DNA of 64,000 nt from contig JADKHX010000002.1 in assembly GCA_016721505.1 (NCBI GenBank), positions 37,126 to 101,125 on the forward strand, in the 5' to 3' direction. Below, in pieces: positions 11,109 through 19,455 of the stretch. Below the pieces are notes generated by a model. That model was given only the letters and a program-made list of their open reading frames with translations. It made no database searches and was not told the origin of the DNA. Within the stretch, counting starts at the first letter, position 1. Each line of letters begins with the position of its first letter. This DNA comes from Rhodocyclaceae bacterium (lineage in GTDB: Bacteria > Pseudomonadota > Gammaproteobacteria > Burkholderiales > Rhodocyclaceae). Position numbers and translations under genes: made by a program.

Positions 11109-11203
11109 AACGGTGGCGAATCAGGGATTTCGCAAAGCATTGCTTTGCGCTTGTGTAGCGGTTCGGCTGCACTAAGTCGAGGCTCCACCCCGGCACCAAT
11201 TGG
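11109..11203 (+). repeat. 95-nt long-form repeat element, copy B
   Basis: AACGGTGGCGAATCAGGGATTTCGCAAAGCATTGCTTTGCGC...CGGCACCAATTGG. Same orientation as copy A. Contains the perfect 9-bp inverted repeat CGCAAAGCA-T-TGCTTTGCG. Confidence 0.8.
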
Positions 11204-11269
11204 CGAAATTTGCGTCGAAGTCGTTTTATTCGAGCTTTCACCATCACCCGTCGGGCATACACTTTTACG

Positions 11270-12934
11270 ATGATTGCACTGCTCGAAGCGAAACGCGCTG
11301 GACTTTTTGTGCGCGCGCATCTCGCCAACAACCTCGTCGCTGGACTCGTCGTCGGCGTGGTGGCACTGCCTTTGGCAATGGCGTTTGCGATTGCTAGTGG
11401 GGCAAAACCCGAGCAAGGAATCTATACCGCGATTGTCGCTGGATTTCTCGGCGCGGCTTTCGGTGGCAGTCGCCTGCAAATTTCCGGGCCGACTGGCGCT
11501 TTCATTGTCATCCTCGCCGCAATTACCGCGCGGCATGGCATTGACGGTTTGCAAATCGCCACACTGATGGCCGGACTGATGTTGCTGGCGCTGGGTGCGG
11601 CACGGCTCGGTACCGTCATCAAATACATTCCGCATCCCGTCATCATCGGCTTTACCAGCGGTATCGCGGTGATTATTTGGGTCGGGCAGTGGAAGGATTT
11701 TTTTGGTTTGCATGCTGCGCCGAACGCGGCACATTTCCACGATAAGTTGGCAAGTTTATTGGTTGCCTTGCCCGATTTTCATCTAGCTACGACTTCGCTC
11801 GCGTTGCTGGCGCTGCTGCTCACGATTTACAGCCCGAAGTTGTTCAAGCATATTCCGGGACCGCTGGTGGCAATGGTGGTCATCACCGTTATTCAGTCTG
11901 CTTTTCAATTCCCTAATGTCGCCACTATCGCCAGTGCGTTTGGTGGTATTCCGCAAGCGTTGCCGACCTTCCACGTGCCGCAGGTGTCAGCGGCAGAACT
12001 GGTGCAATTGATCGGCCCGGCGTTCACTATCGCTTTGCTCGGCGCGATTGAATCTTTGTTGTCTGCAGTAGTGGCCGATGGGATGGCTAGCGGATTGGCT
12101 AACGGTACAAGCGCAACACGCCACGATCCGAATCAGGAATTGATTGGGCAGGGTATCGCCAATATCGCCGCGCCGCTATTTGGTGGCTTCGCCGCGACCG
12201 GCGCGATTGCGCGCACAGCGACCAATGTGCGCAATGGCGCGACCAGTCCACTCGCCGGAATTACCCACGCGGTTTTCTTAGTATTCGTGGTGTTGCTTTG
12301 CGCGCCGTTGGCGGATCACATTCCATTGTGTGCGCTCTCTGCCATCTTGTTCGTAGTCGCATGGAATATGGCTGAGCTGCATCATTTTTGGCACCTCGCA
12401 CGCACGGCGCCGCGAAGTGATGTGATTATCTTACTCATCACGTTTGGCTTAACGGTGCTGACTGACATCGTCATCGCGGTCAATGTCGGCGTGATTTTGT
12501 CTTCACTGATTTTCATGCGACGAATGGCGCAAGCAGTGGAGATTCAGGATGAAACAAGTGAGCATGAATGGTTGATGCCGCCGAGCGAATCCGATGGGCA
12601 AAGGATGATTTACAGTATTGACGGGCCGTTCTTTTTTGGTGCGGCGGAGAAGCTGCAATCCACGTTGGCTAGCGCGCAACAACATGTCGAAGCGGTAGTT
12701 TTACGCTTGGGGCGCGTGCCGTTTATTGATGCGTCCGGTCTTGAAGCATTGAGTGAATTGGTTAGTAATTTTCAAGCGGCGCACACCCATGTCGCGCTAT
12801 GTGAAGTGCGGGCGAATGTGCTGAGCAAAATAGTTCGCAGTGGTATTGCCGATAAAGTCGGTCGAGAAAATATTCACGACTCATTGAGTGACTGGATTGT
12901 CGCTAGCACACCCAAAAATACGCCGATAATTTAA
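11270..12934 (+). CDS. SulP family anion permease with C-terminal STAS domain
   Basis: About 554 aa from ATG 11270 (MIALLEAKRAG). Multi-TM core followed by a soluble STAS-like tail. The longer track ORF starts inside repeat copy B. Confidence 0.85.
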   Translation: MIALLEAKRAGLFVRAHLANNLVAGLVVGVVALPLAMAFAIASGAKPEQGIYTAIVAGFLGAAFGGSRLQISGPTGAFIVILAAITARHGIDGLQIATLMAGLMLLALGAARLGTVIKYIPHPVIIGFTSGIAVIIWVGQWKDFFGLHAAPNAAHFHDKLASLLVALPDFHLATTSLALLALLLTIYSPKLFKHIPGPLVAMVVITVIQSAFQFPNVATIASAFGGIPQALPTFHVPQVSAAELVQLIGPAFTIALLGAIESLLSAVVADGMASGLANGTSATRHDPNQELIGQGIANIAAPLFGGFAATGAIARTATNVRNGATSPLAGITHAVFLVFVVLLCAPLADHIPLCALSAILFVVAWNMAELHHFWHLARTAPRSDVIILLITFGLTVLTDIVIAVNVGVILSSLIFMRRMAQAVEIQDETSEHEWLMPPSESDGQRMIYSIDGPFFFGAAEKLQSTLASAQQHVEAVVLRLGRVPFIDASGLEALSELVSNFQAAHTHVALCEVRANVLSKIVRSGIADKVGRENIHDSLSDWIVASTPKNTPII

Positions 12935-13521
12935 TTGCCGTCGAGTAGCCGCTTGAGATCCTGAGCGATTAGCGGCGCTGTATCTTCATGCTTGAGATAC
13001 AAACGCAGTTTGCCTTTGGCATCGATTACGTAGCTGCCCGACGAGTGGTCCATGGTGTAGCTACCGGGTGTCGTGCCGGGACTTTTCTGGTAAAAAATTT
13101 TGAAATCTTTGGCGACCGCAGCGGTGGCATTCGCATCACCAAAAACACCAAGAAATGAGGGATGAAAAGCCGGAACATATTGCGACAACAAAGCTTGCGT
13201 GTCGCGTTCTGGGTCGATGGTCATAAATACGACTTGAACCTTTTCACCGTCCGTTCCAAGCAAACTCATCACTTCGCGCATCTTGGTCAACACGGTCGGA
13301 CAGACATCTGGGCATTGAGTGTAGCCAAAGAAAATCACTACCACTTTGCCTTGAAAATCGCTGAGTTTGCGTGGCTTGCCGGTGTGATCGGTCAACGTTT
13401 GGGCCAGACCGGTGCTGCCAATTTCGGTGCCCGTGAGATCGGTGGAATTGAACGCGGGGGGCTTGCCACATGCAAACAAAAGGACGGTTGCCAGCAAGGC
13501 AGTCCAACGCAGGACACGCAT
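12931..13521 (-). CDS. SCO1/SenC copper chaperone (lipoprotein)
   Basis: 196 aa. LLFAC lipobox and the CPDVCPT CxxxC motif. Last gene of the aa3 assembly cluster. Confidence 0.9.
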   Translation of the reverse strand: MRVLRWTALLATVLLFACGKPPAFNSTDLTGTEIGSTGLAQTLTDHTGKPRKLSDFQGKVVVIFFGYTQCPDVCPTVLTKMREVMSLLGTDGEKVQVVFMTIDPERDTQALLSQYVPAFHPSFLGVFGDANATAAVAKDFKIFYQKSPGTTPGSYTMDHSSGSYVIDAKGKLRLYLKHEDTAPLIAQDLKRLLDGN

Positions 13522-13525
13522 GGAG

Positions 13526-14422
13526 TTAGACCGGAATGTAATGATCGATTAGCAAGGCGGCGAACAATAACGCCAGATACATAATCGACCAACGAAAACT
13601 TTTCTTCGCCACTTCGTCGCTGTACTGTCGCCACACCATCCATGCGTAGGCCAAAAACACCGCATCCAGAATCACCACGCTGACGAGGTAAAACCAACCC
13701 GCCATGCCAATGACAAATGGCACCAAAGTCACCAAGCTCAAGCCGACGGTATAGAGAAACACATGTCGTCGCGTGTACTCGGCGCCGTGGGTCACCGGCA
13801 ACATTGGAATGCCTGCTGCGGCATACTCTTGCGTTCGATACAGCGCCAAACTCCAAAAGTGCGGCGGCGTCCACACAAAAATAATCAGAAACAACATCCA
13901 CGCCTCGCCCGGGGTGGTGCCCGTAACGGCGGCCCAACCAAGCACTGGCGGCATTGCACCAGAAGCGCCGCCAATGACGATGTTTTGCGATGTATTAGGT
14001 TTGAGAAACACCGTGTAGATAATGGCATAACCGACGAAGGTGGCCAGCGTAAGCCACATGGTGTATGGGTTGACGAAAACATTCAACAACCAAAGCCCAA
14101 GACCACCGATGAGCACTGAGAGTGCTAATGTTTCTGTGGCATTGACCTGCCCAAGCGGCAACGGTCGTCCACGAGTGCGCGCCATTACGGCATCGATCTT
14201 TTGTTCAATCAGGCAATTCATCGCTGCCGCCGCGCCCGCCACCAATGCAATGCCAAGCGTCGCGAACAGGAGAATTCGCCACGGCACCATGGCAGGTGTG
14301 GCGAGAAACATGCCAATCACTGCGCAAAACACAATCAGCGAATTGACCCGTGGCTTGGTCAGCTGAAAGTACTGATGCAGTCGATTGGTTGTGCTTTGGA
14401 GTGTGAGCGCGAGAGCTTTCAA
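13526..14422 (-). CDS. ctaB: protoheme IX farnesyltransferase (heme O synthase)
   Basis: 298 aa UbiA-type polytopic protein adjacent to SCO1. The apparent start is TTG; there is no in-frame ATG near the N-terminus. Confidence 0.9.
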   Translation of the reverse strand: MKALALTLQSTTNRLHQYFQLTKPRVNSLIVFCAVIGMFLATPAMVPWRILLFATLGIALVAGAAAAMNCLIEQKIDAVMARTRGRPLPLGQVNATETLALSVLIGGLGLWLLNVFVNPYTMWLTLATFVGYAIIYTVFLKPNTSQNIVIGGASGAMPPVLGWAAVTGTTPGEAWMLFLIIFVWTPPHFWSLALYRTQEYAAAGIPMLPVTHGAEYTRRHVFLYTVGLSLVTLVPFVIGMAGWFYLVSVVILDAVFLAYAWMVWRQYSDEVAKKSFRWSIMYLALLFAALLIDHYIPV

Positions 14423-14574
14423 ACGCGGGAAATCCTGAGAGTTGGGACAAAAATAAACGCAGCGCCCAAGTTGCTTGCTGCATGGTTTGCAGCGCTCTGA
14501 ACGGCCTGTCGAAGTCTACCACGCTTATACTGCCGCCTCCGCATTCACCGCGCTGAGTTCGCTTTGCAGACCCC

Positions 14575-15924
14575 ATGAACGACTATCGAATTGAGATTCC
14601 CGACGGTGCGCCAAAACAACTTACGCGCGCTTGGTTAAGCCTTGGCATTGCAGCGTTAATTGGCGCTGGTTTGTTGGCAATTTTGCTGGTGCTCTCCCGC
14701 ACGCCCGGTGTGCAGGATGTGTTCCCACTGCGTGATTTTTTCAAATCGGCTTTGGTCGTACACGTTGACCTATCCGTGTTGATTTGGTTCATGGCGTTTG
14801 CCAGCGCGATGTGGAGTTTGGTCGGCGGTGAACGACTCGCCGCGCTCGGGCGAGTTGGCTTTGGTTTGGCTGCGATAGGCACGGCAATTATTGCGCTCTC
14901 GCCATTTTTTCCCGATGCCAATCCGCTGCTCAATAACTACATTCCGGTGTTGCAACAACCGATATTTTTTGGCGGGCTGCTGGTCGCTGGGGTGGGGTTT
15001 TCCTTGACGATTTTGCGGGCATTATTAACGATTAAGTTCGGCTCGCCAGTTGGTGCTGACCACACGCCGTCGACGCATTCATTTGCAATCTACCTCTCTG
15101 CGATTGCCGGCGCGGTCTCACTCAGCAGTGTTTTTTTTACCCTGCTCAAAGCGCCTGATTTAGACGGTAAAGCTTACTGGGAAGCAGTGTTTTGGGGCGG
15201 TGGTCATGCCTTGCAGTTTCAGCACACGCTTTTGATGGTCGTGGCGTGGTTTGGCTTGGCCAAGGAGTTAGGTTCACCACCGAAAATACAGTCGCGTGCA
15301 ACAATGATCTTGTTTGCGCTGGCCGCCTCACCGCTGCTAGCAGTGCCAATAATTTTTGCGGTGGCCGACGTCGGGTCAGCGTGGCATGTCGCGTATTTCG
15401 CGCGCTTGATGGAATTTGGTCACCCATTGATGCTGCCGCTGATTATTGTTGCGGCAGCGACCCTGTGGCCGATCCGTAAAATCAGCGCGCCAGCCAAGTC
15501 AGCATTGTTTGCTTCGGTGTTTTTGTTCGCCACCGGTGGCGTTTTGGCCTATCTCATCAAAGGCGTGAACGTTGTGATTCCCGCGCATTACCACGGCTCA
15601 ATTGTCGGCGTTACGCTAGCATTTATGGGCATGGCCTATGTGCTGTTGCCGCGCCTCGGATTTGCGCTAGCCGACGGGAAAATGGCGCGCTGGCAGCCCT
15701 ACGTCTATGGCGGCGGCCAGTTGATTCACATTCTCGGACTAGCTTGGTCGGGTGGCTATGGAGTGCAACGAAAGGTTGCCGGAGCTGAGCAAGTACTCAC
15801 CACGCTGCCGCAAAAAATCGGCATGGGCATGATGGGCATCGGCGGACTGATATCCATCATCGGCGGCATTATGTTTGTGGTGGTTTGCCTCGTCGCCATG
15901 CGCCGACGGCAGATTAAAACTTGA
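14575..15924 (+). CDS. orphan heme-copper-oxidase subunit-I-like membrane protein (divergent)
   Basis: 449 aa, about 12 hydrophobic segments. His-containing motifs parallel the 565-aa oxidase at 60187: VHVDLSVLIWF vs AHGIDMLIFWI, WGGGHALQFQ vs WAFGHSSQQ, IPAHYHGS vs VPGHFHAT. Only one His (FGHP) is present where HH is expected. The family call rests on by-eye similarity only. Confidence 0.5.
   Translation: MNDYRIEIPDGAPKQLTRAWLSLGIAALIGAGLLAILLVLSRTPGVQDVFPLRDFFKSALVVHVDLSVLIWFMAFASAMWSLVGGERLAALGRVGFGLAAIGTAIIALSPFFPDANPLLNNYIPVLQQPIFFGGLLVAGVGFSLTILRALLTIKFGSPVGADHTPSTHSFAIYLSAIAGAVSLSSVFFTLLKAPDLDGKAYWEAVFWGGGHALQFQHTLLMVVAWFGLAKELGSPPKIQSRATMILFALAASPLLAVPIIFAVADVGSAWHVAYFARLMEFGHPLMLPLIIVAAATLWPIRKISAPAKSALFASVFLFATGGVLAYLIKGVNVVIPAHYHGSIVGVTLAFMGMAYVLLPRLGFALADGKMARWQPYVYGGGQLIHILGLAWSGGYGVQRKVAGAEQVLTTLPQKIGMGMMGIGGLISIIGGIMFVVVCLVAMRRRQIKT
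15045..15071 (-). repeat. 27-nt motif copy inside the orphan oxidase-like gene
   Basis: The reverse complement is ACGGCGTGTGGTCAGCACCAACTGGCG, identical to the copy at 63690..63716. Read as SPVGADHTP. Confidence 0.75.
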
Positions 15925-16483
15925 TCAAGCGCCCAACTTCTTTGATAAATTTCATGGGCTCGGGATTGTCGCTGTAACGCATCACAATTTGCCCCCGCCG
16001 GTCGACCAAATGAATGTAACGCGGCGAGGCTTTGATACCGCCTAGGCCAATCACGCTTTCGACCGCTAGTGGTCGTGCGAGCATTAAATCGGGATGCGCG
16101 GCGAGTAGTTCGGCGGCGGGTTCAGTAGCATCAGTAATCACCCACAGGCGCTCCAAGCGCATACTGCCTTTGCCTTGTGCCGTGCGTGATTGCCGTGTCA
16201 AATACAAAGCTTGCTGGCAGGCATTGTCGCAAGCGCCAGGCGCGGCATAGACCATCATCCAACCGTCAGTGACTGCCTCGTGAACGAGCGGCTTGCCCTT
16301 GGTATCGAGCAATTGTTCATAGGGAAATGCTTGCGGCGTTACCACTTCGCCCAAACTTGGTACGGTTGGCAATGTCCATACATAACGAAACATCAACGCC
16401 GCCGCCAGTGGCAACAAACAGATTGCTGCGATTATCAATATGACGCGTTGACCGCGGCGCAGTCCGTGACTCGGTTTATTCAT
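15914..16483 (-). CDS. membrane-anchored thioredoxin-fold-like protein of the oxidase assembly cluster
   Basis: ATG 16483 overlaps the SURF1 stop (ATGA). One N-terminal TM and a GACDNAC CxxxC motif. Function is inferred from context only. Confidence 0.6.
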   Translation of the reverse strand: MNKPSHGLRRGQRVILIIAAICLLPLAAALMFRYVWTLPTVPSLGEVVTPQAFPYEQLLDTKGKPLVHEAVTDGWMMVYAAPGACDNACQQALYLTRQSRTAQGKGSMRLERLWVITDATEPAAELLAAHPDLMLARPLAVESVIGLGGIKASPRYIHLVDRRGQIVMRYSDNPEPMKFIKEVGRLIKF

Positions 16484-17211
16484 TGGTGTTTCCATAACAT
16501 CCATCCGTAAACTCCTGCCATTATCGAAAATATGAACCACATGAGCGCGTACCCGATGTGGTGCAACGCTGGATGCACCGGGCTAGTCCATTCGCGCGCC
16601 AAGCCATCGTCCGTTGCACTGGTTTGCAGCAACATTAGTGGCAACACTTTCAGTTCCGCGTTCAAACCAGATTCTCTCGTGTAATCATCCTCGCGCACGT
16701 GCTGCCACACCCGCCCAGACGGTGGTTCGGCTTTGAGCTCGAACACCCGTTGCTCGAAATGACGTAACACTCCACCCAATTCCAAAGTCGTATCAGTGGT
16801 GACGACGTTAGGCAATTCACTGCGTAGTCGCGGTGCGAGCACCCAACCACGATTGACCAATATTACCGATTTACTTGCCTCAAGTTGAAACGGCGTCAGC
16901 ACGTGATAACCCACCCAACGATTACGCAATTTGTTATCGAGAAAGATAGTCTTATCGGCTAACCATCTGCCCTTCAGCGAAACTTGATGCAAATCCAAAT
17001 CAAGGAAGTCCGCGGCGGTTTGTGATGTCAAAGTGTTCAAAGAAATCGGCGCGGCGGTTTGGGCGGCGAGCATTTGCTCATAACGTTCGGTCTTGACGCT
17101 AGCGCGATAGATCTGGAAAACGCTCATGCCAAGACACACTGACACCGCCAGCAAAATCATGGCATTTCGCAAAAGCTTGCGCTGTGGAGGTTTGACAGGC
17201 GGGGCGTTCAT
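16480..17211 (-). CDS. SURF1 family cytochrome oxidase assembly protein
   Basis: Two-TM SURF1 topology (N- and C-terminal helices flanking a large periplasmic loop) in a cox-cluster context. Start taken at ATG 17211 (MNAPPVKPP), because the longer track ORF would overlap the divergent gene. Confidence 0.8.
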   Translation of the reverse strand: MNAPPVKPPQRKLLRNAMILLAVSVCLGMSVFQIYRASVKTERYEQMLAAQTAAPISLNTLTSQTAADFLDLDLHQVSLKGRWLADKTIFLDNKLRNRWVGYHVLTPFQLEASKSVILVNRGWVLAPRLRSELPNVVTTDTTLELGGVLRHFEQRVFELKAEPPSGRVWQHVREDDYTRESGLNAELKVLPLMLLQTSATDDGLAREWTSPVHPALHHIGYALMWFIFSIMAGVYGWMLWKHQ

Positions 17212-17268
17212 GGTGGAATCAATTAGACTGCACAGCTTAATGCTTGGCAGTGATGGAGAATGATTTTG

Positions 17269-17466
17269 ATGCGCGTGATTGTGATTGTGCTGTTGCTGGC
17301 GATTGTGTTCAACATGGGTCGGGCGCTGATGTTCATTTTTCGCAACCAAGGGCGCGAGCGAGAACGTGGTGTACGCGCCCTCACGATACGAGTTGGGCTA
17401 TCGGTTGCCGTAGTTGTGCTTCTGGTGGTCGGCAATCAATTGGGTTGGATCAGCGGCAAACTCTAA
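17269..17466 (+). CDS. twin-transmembrane-helix small protein (DUF2909-like)
   Basis: About 65 aa, two TM helices separated by RNQGRERERG. Sits in the conserved divergent position next to SURF1. ATG 17269 has better GGAGA spacing than ATG 17260. Confidence 0.65.
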   Translation: MRVIVIVLLLAIVFNMGRALMFIFRNQGRERERGVRALTIRVGLSVAVVVLLVVGNQLGWISGKL

Positions 17467-17487
17467 TTGCCTTGATCTAATCAAATG

Positions 17488-17514
17488 GTCAGTTGGTGCT
17501 GGCCACACGCCGTT
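17488..17514 (-). repeat. 27-nt motif copy, intergenic
   Basis: GTCAGTTGGTGCTGGCCACACGCCGTT, between DUF2909 and ctaE. Confidence 0.75.
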
Positions 17515-17566
17515 GAGCGTTGAAAACAGAAGGGCAGGCTAAATTTATCGCCTGCCCTGGTAAGCG

Positions 17567-18433
17567 TTACAGCCAATAAACGACGACGAATAGTCCCAGC
17601 CAAACGACGTCAACAAAGTGCCAATACCAAGCCACCGCCTCAAAAGCGAAATGGCGTTCCGCGGTGAAGTGACCCTTCATGCTACGAATCAAAATCACAA
17701 TCAACATCGTTGCGCCGAGCGTGACGTGGAAGCCGTGAAAACCAGTGAGCATAAAAAAGGTTGAACCATAGACCCCGGTGGTCATTTTCAGATTCAGGTG
17801 GTTATAGGCTTCATAGTATTCGTAGGCTTGGAATCCAATAAACGTCAGACCCAATGCAATGGTCAGGAACAGACCCAAAACCAACTGTTTGCGTTTGCCA
17901 GCCAGCATGCCCCAATGCGCCCAGGTCAGCGTTGCGCCAGAGCTCAGCAGCAATATCGTGTTTAGCAGGGGAATGCCTGTGGCATGCATGGCATGGAATT
18001 CGGTTTTTGCTGCCTCGGCCGCAGGACCGGCGGTCGGCCACGTTCCAACGAATCCGGCAAATCCGCTGTATAACTGCTGCGCTGAGCTTGCGAGTTCCGG
18101 CACTGAGAGCACACGAATGTAAAACAGCGAGCCGAAGAAGGCGGCGAAAAACATTACCTCAGAGAAAATAAACCAGCCCATCGACCAACGGAAAGATTGG
18201 TCGACTTGGAGGTTGTAGTTACCGCCTTCGGACTCATCAATCACGCTGCCAAACCAGCCGAAAAGCATATAGAACAGCACAGCGAAGCCGGCCAGTAAGA
18301 CAAATCCGCCATTGGCAATGGAGTTCATGGTCAACACGGCACCGCTTGCCATGAGCAACAAAGCAAGCGATCCGACCATGGGCCAGAGCGAAGGTTGTGG
18401 AATGAAATAACGCGAGGCGGATGGATTGCTCAT
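17567..18433 (-). CDS. ctaE: cytochrome c oxidase subunit III
   Basis: 288 aa, 7-TM. Conserved C-terminal HFVDVVWLGLFVVVYW. Confidence 0.93.
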   Translation of the reverse strand: MSNPSASRYFIPQPSLWPMVGSLALLLMASGAVLTMNSIANGGFVLLAGFAVLFYMLFGWFGSVIDESEGGNYNLQVDQSFRWSMGWFIFSEVMFFAAFFGSLFYIRVLSVPELASSAQQLYSGFAGFVGTWPTAGPAAEAAKTEFHAMHATGIPLLNTILLLSSGATLTWAHWGMLAGKRKQLVLGLFLTIALGLTFIGFQAYEYYEAYNHLNLKMTTGVYGSTFFMLTGFHGFHVTLGATMLIVILIRSMKGHFTAERHFAFEAVAWYWHFVDVVWLGLFVVVYWL

Positions 18434-18492
18434 GCTTAGCTCCTTAAAAATATTTTCAACAAATGCTTGTTAATTTTGTGACTGAACTGCGC

Positions 18493-18705
18493 TCATTTGC
18501 CCACCACCAAAGTTGCGATAGTGACCATCGTGGCGACAAATATCAGCATAAACACTACGGCGGCAATTATTAGATGCACTGGCGACAGTGAAGGCGCGTC
18601 CTGTGCGTGGGCGGCGCGGCCGCGAAGTCCGACCATTCCGGAGCCAACGGTTCGCAGCACGCGCCAAAGGCTTGATACCGCTTGTGGTTCGGGAGTCGTT
18701 TTCAC
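18493..18705 (-). CDS. small membrane protein (DUF2970-like)
   Basis: 70 aa with a single C-terminal TM. Sits in the conserved slot between ctaG and ctaE. Confidence 0.6.
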   Translation of the reverse strand: MKTTPEPQAVSSLWRVLRTVGSGMVGLRGRAAHAQDAPSLSPVHLIIAAVVFMLIFVATMVTIATLVVGK

Positions 18706-18717
18706 GCATCTGCTTTC

Positions 18718-19302
18718 TTAGATTCCTGACCCACTGGTGCTAGCGCCATTGGCAGCAGACCCAGTGTTGTTACTACTGCCAACGCCGCCAGGGACTTCAA
18801 AAAATGTGTAGGACAAAGTGACCGTGCCGATGTCGCTCGGCAGGTTGCGATCCAGTGCGAATACCACCGGCATCACACGCACTTCGCCTGGGGCAAACAC
18901 TTGCTGACGGAAGCAAAAACAATCGAGCTTCTTGACAAAATTCGCTGCATGTTTCGGCCCATAGCTCGGTACCGCTTGTCCGGTAATCGAGTGGTTGCTC
19001 AAATTTTCCACGCGAAAATTAACTTGTACAAGTTCGCCAGTATGCATTGGCAGAGAGGTTTGCAACGCGGTAAAGCGTAGGCCGGTTCCGTGCGTGTTGG
19101 CATCGAACTCCATCGTGATCGGACGACCGACAGTCGCTGAGGCACGAAATTCATCCGCCTTTTGCACATCGTATATTCCCGTCCATTCGCAAAACGCACG
19201 ATACAGCGGTGGCTGTATGTAGGCGAACAAAAAACTAGCGATTGCCACCAGACCTAAGCCACTGGCAATTCGATAGTTGGTTACGGGAATGGCTGTCATC
19301 AT
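18718..19302 (-). CDS. ctaG: cytochrome c oxidase assembly protein Cox11
   Basis: 194 aa. N-terminal TM and the Cox11 CFCF copper motif (KLDCFCFRQQ). Confidence 0.92.
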   Translation of the reverse strand: MMTAIPVTNYRIASGLGLVAIASFLFAYIQPPLYRAFCEWTGIYDVQKADEFRASATVGRPITMEFDANTHGTGLRFTALQTSLPMHTGELVQVNFRVENLSNHSITGQAVPSYGPKHAANFVKKLDCFCFRQQVFAPGEVRVMPVVFALDRNLPSDIGTVTLSYTFFEVPGGVGSSNNTGSAANGASTSGSGI

Positions 19303-19311
19303 GCAATACGC

Positions 19312-19455
19312 TTATGCGCCGCCGCTGACCCACTGGCGGATGATCACTGTGACGAACACGGCACTCGCAAACAACGCGAGAAGAATCCCAACCCGGCGAT
19401 TATTCCTGCGCTGTGTGTCAAGGTCGTTAGTGTTCTCCACGGCATTTGCACTCAT
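19312..19455 (-). CDS. small single-TM protein between ctaD and ctaG (oxidase small assembly protein-like)
   Basis: Below the track's size cutoff. My translation is MSANAVENTNDLDTQRRNNRRVGILLALFASAVFVTVIIRQWVSGGA*. Its ATG overlaps the ctaD stop (TAATG). Confidence 0.55.
   Translation of the reverse strand: MSANAVENTNDLDTQRRNNRRVGILLALFASAVFVTVIIRQWVSGGA

Noticed and set aside
11005-11331. 109-codon N-terminal extension of the Rieske ORF as drawn in the track
   Set aside because: The extension is simply the open frame through repeat copy B, with an arginine-rich nonsense-like sequence. The conserved protein starts at MSDIGKHKN (ATG 11004).
11063-11740. 225-aa minus-strand ORF overlapping the SulP start
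   Set aside because: It overlaps the well-supported SulP gene and repeat B, and its composition looks non-protein-like.
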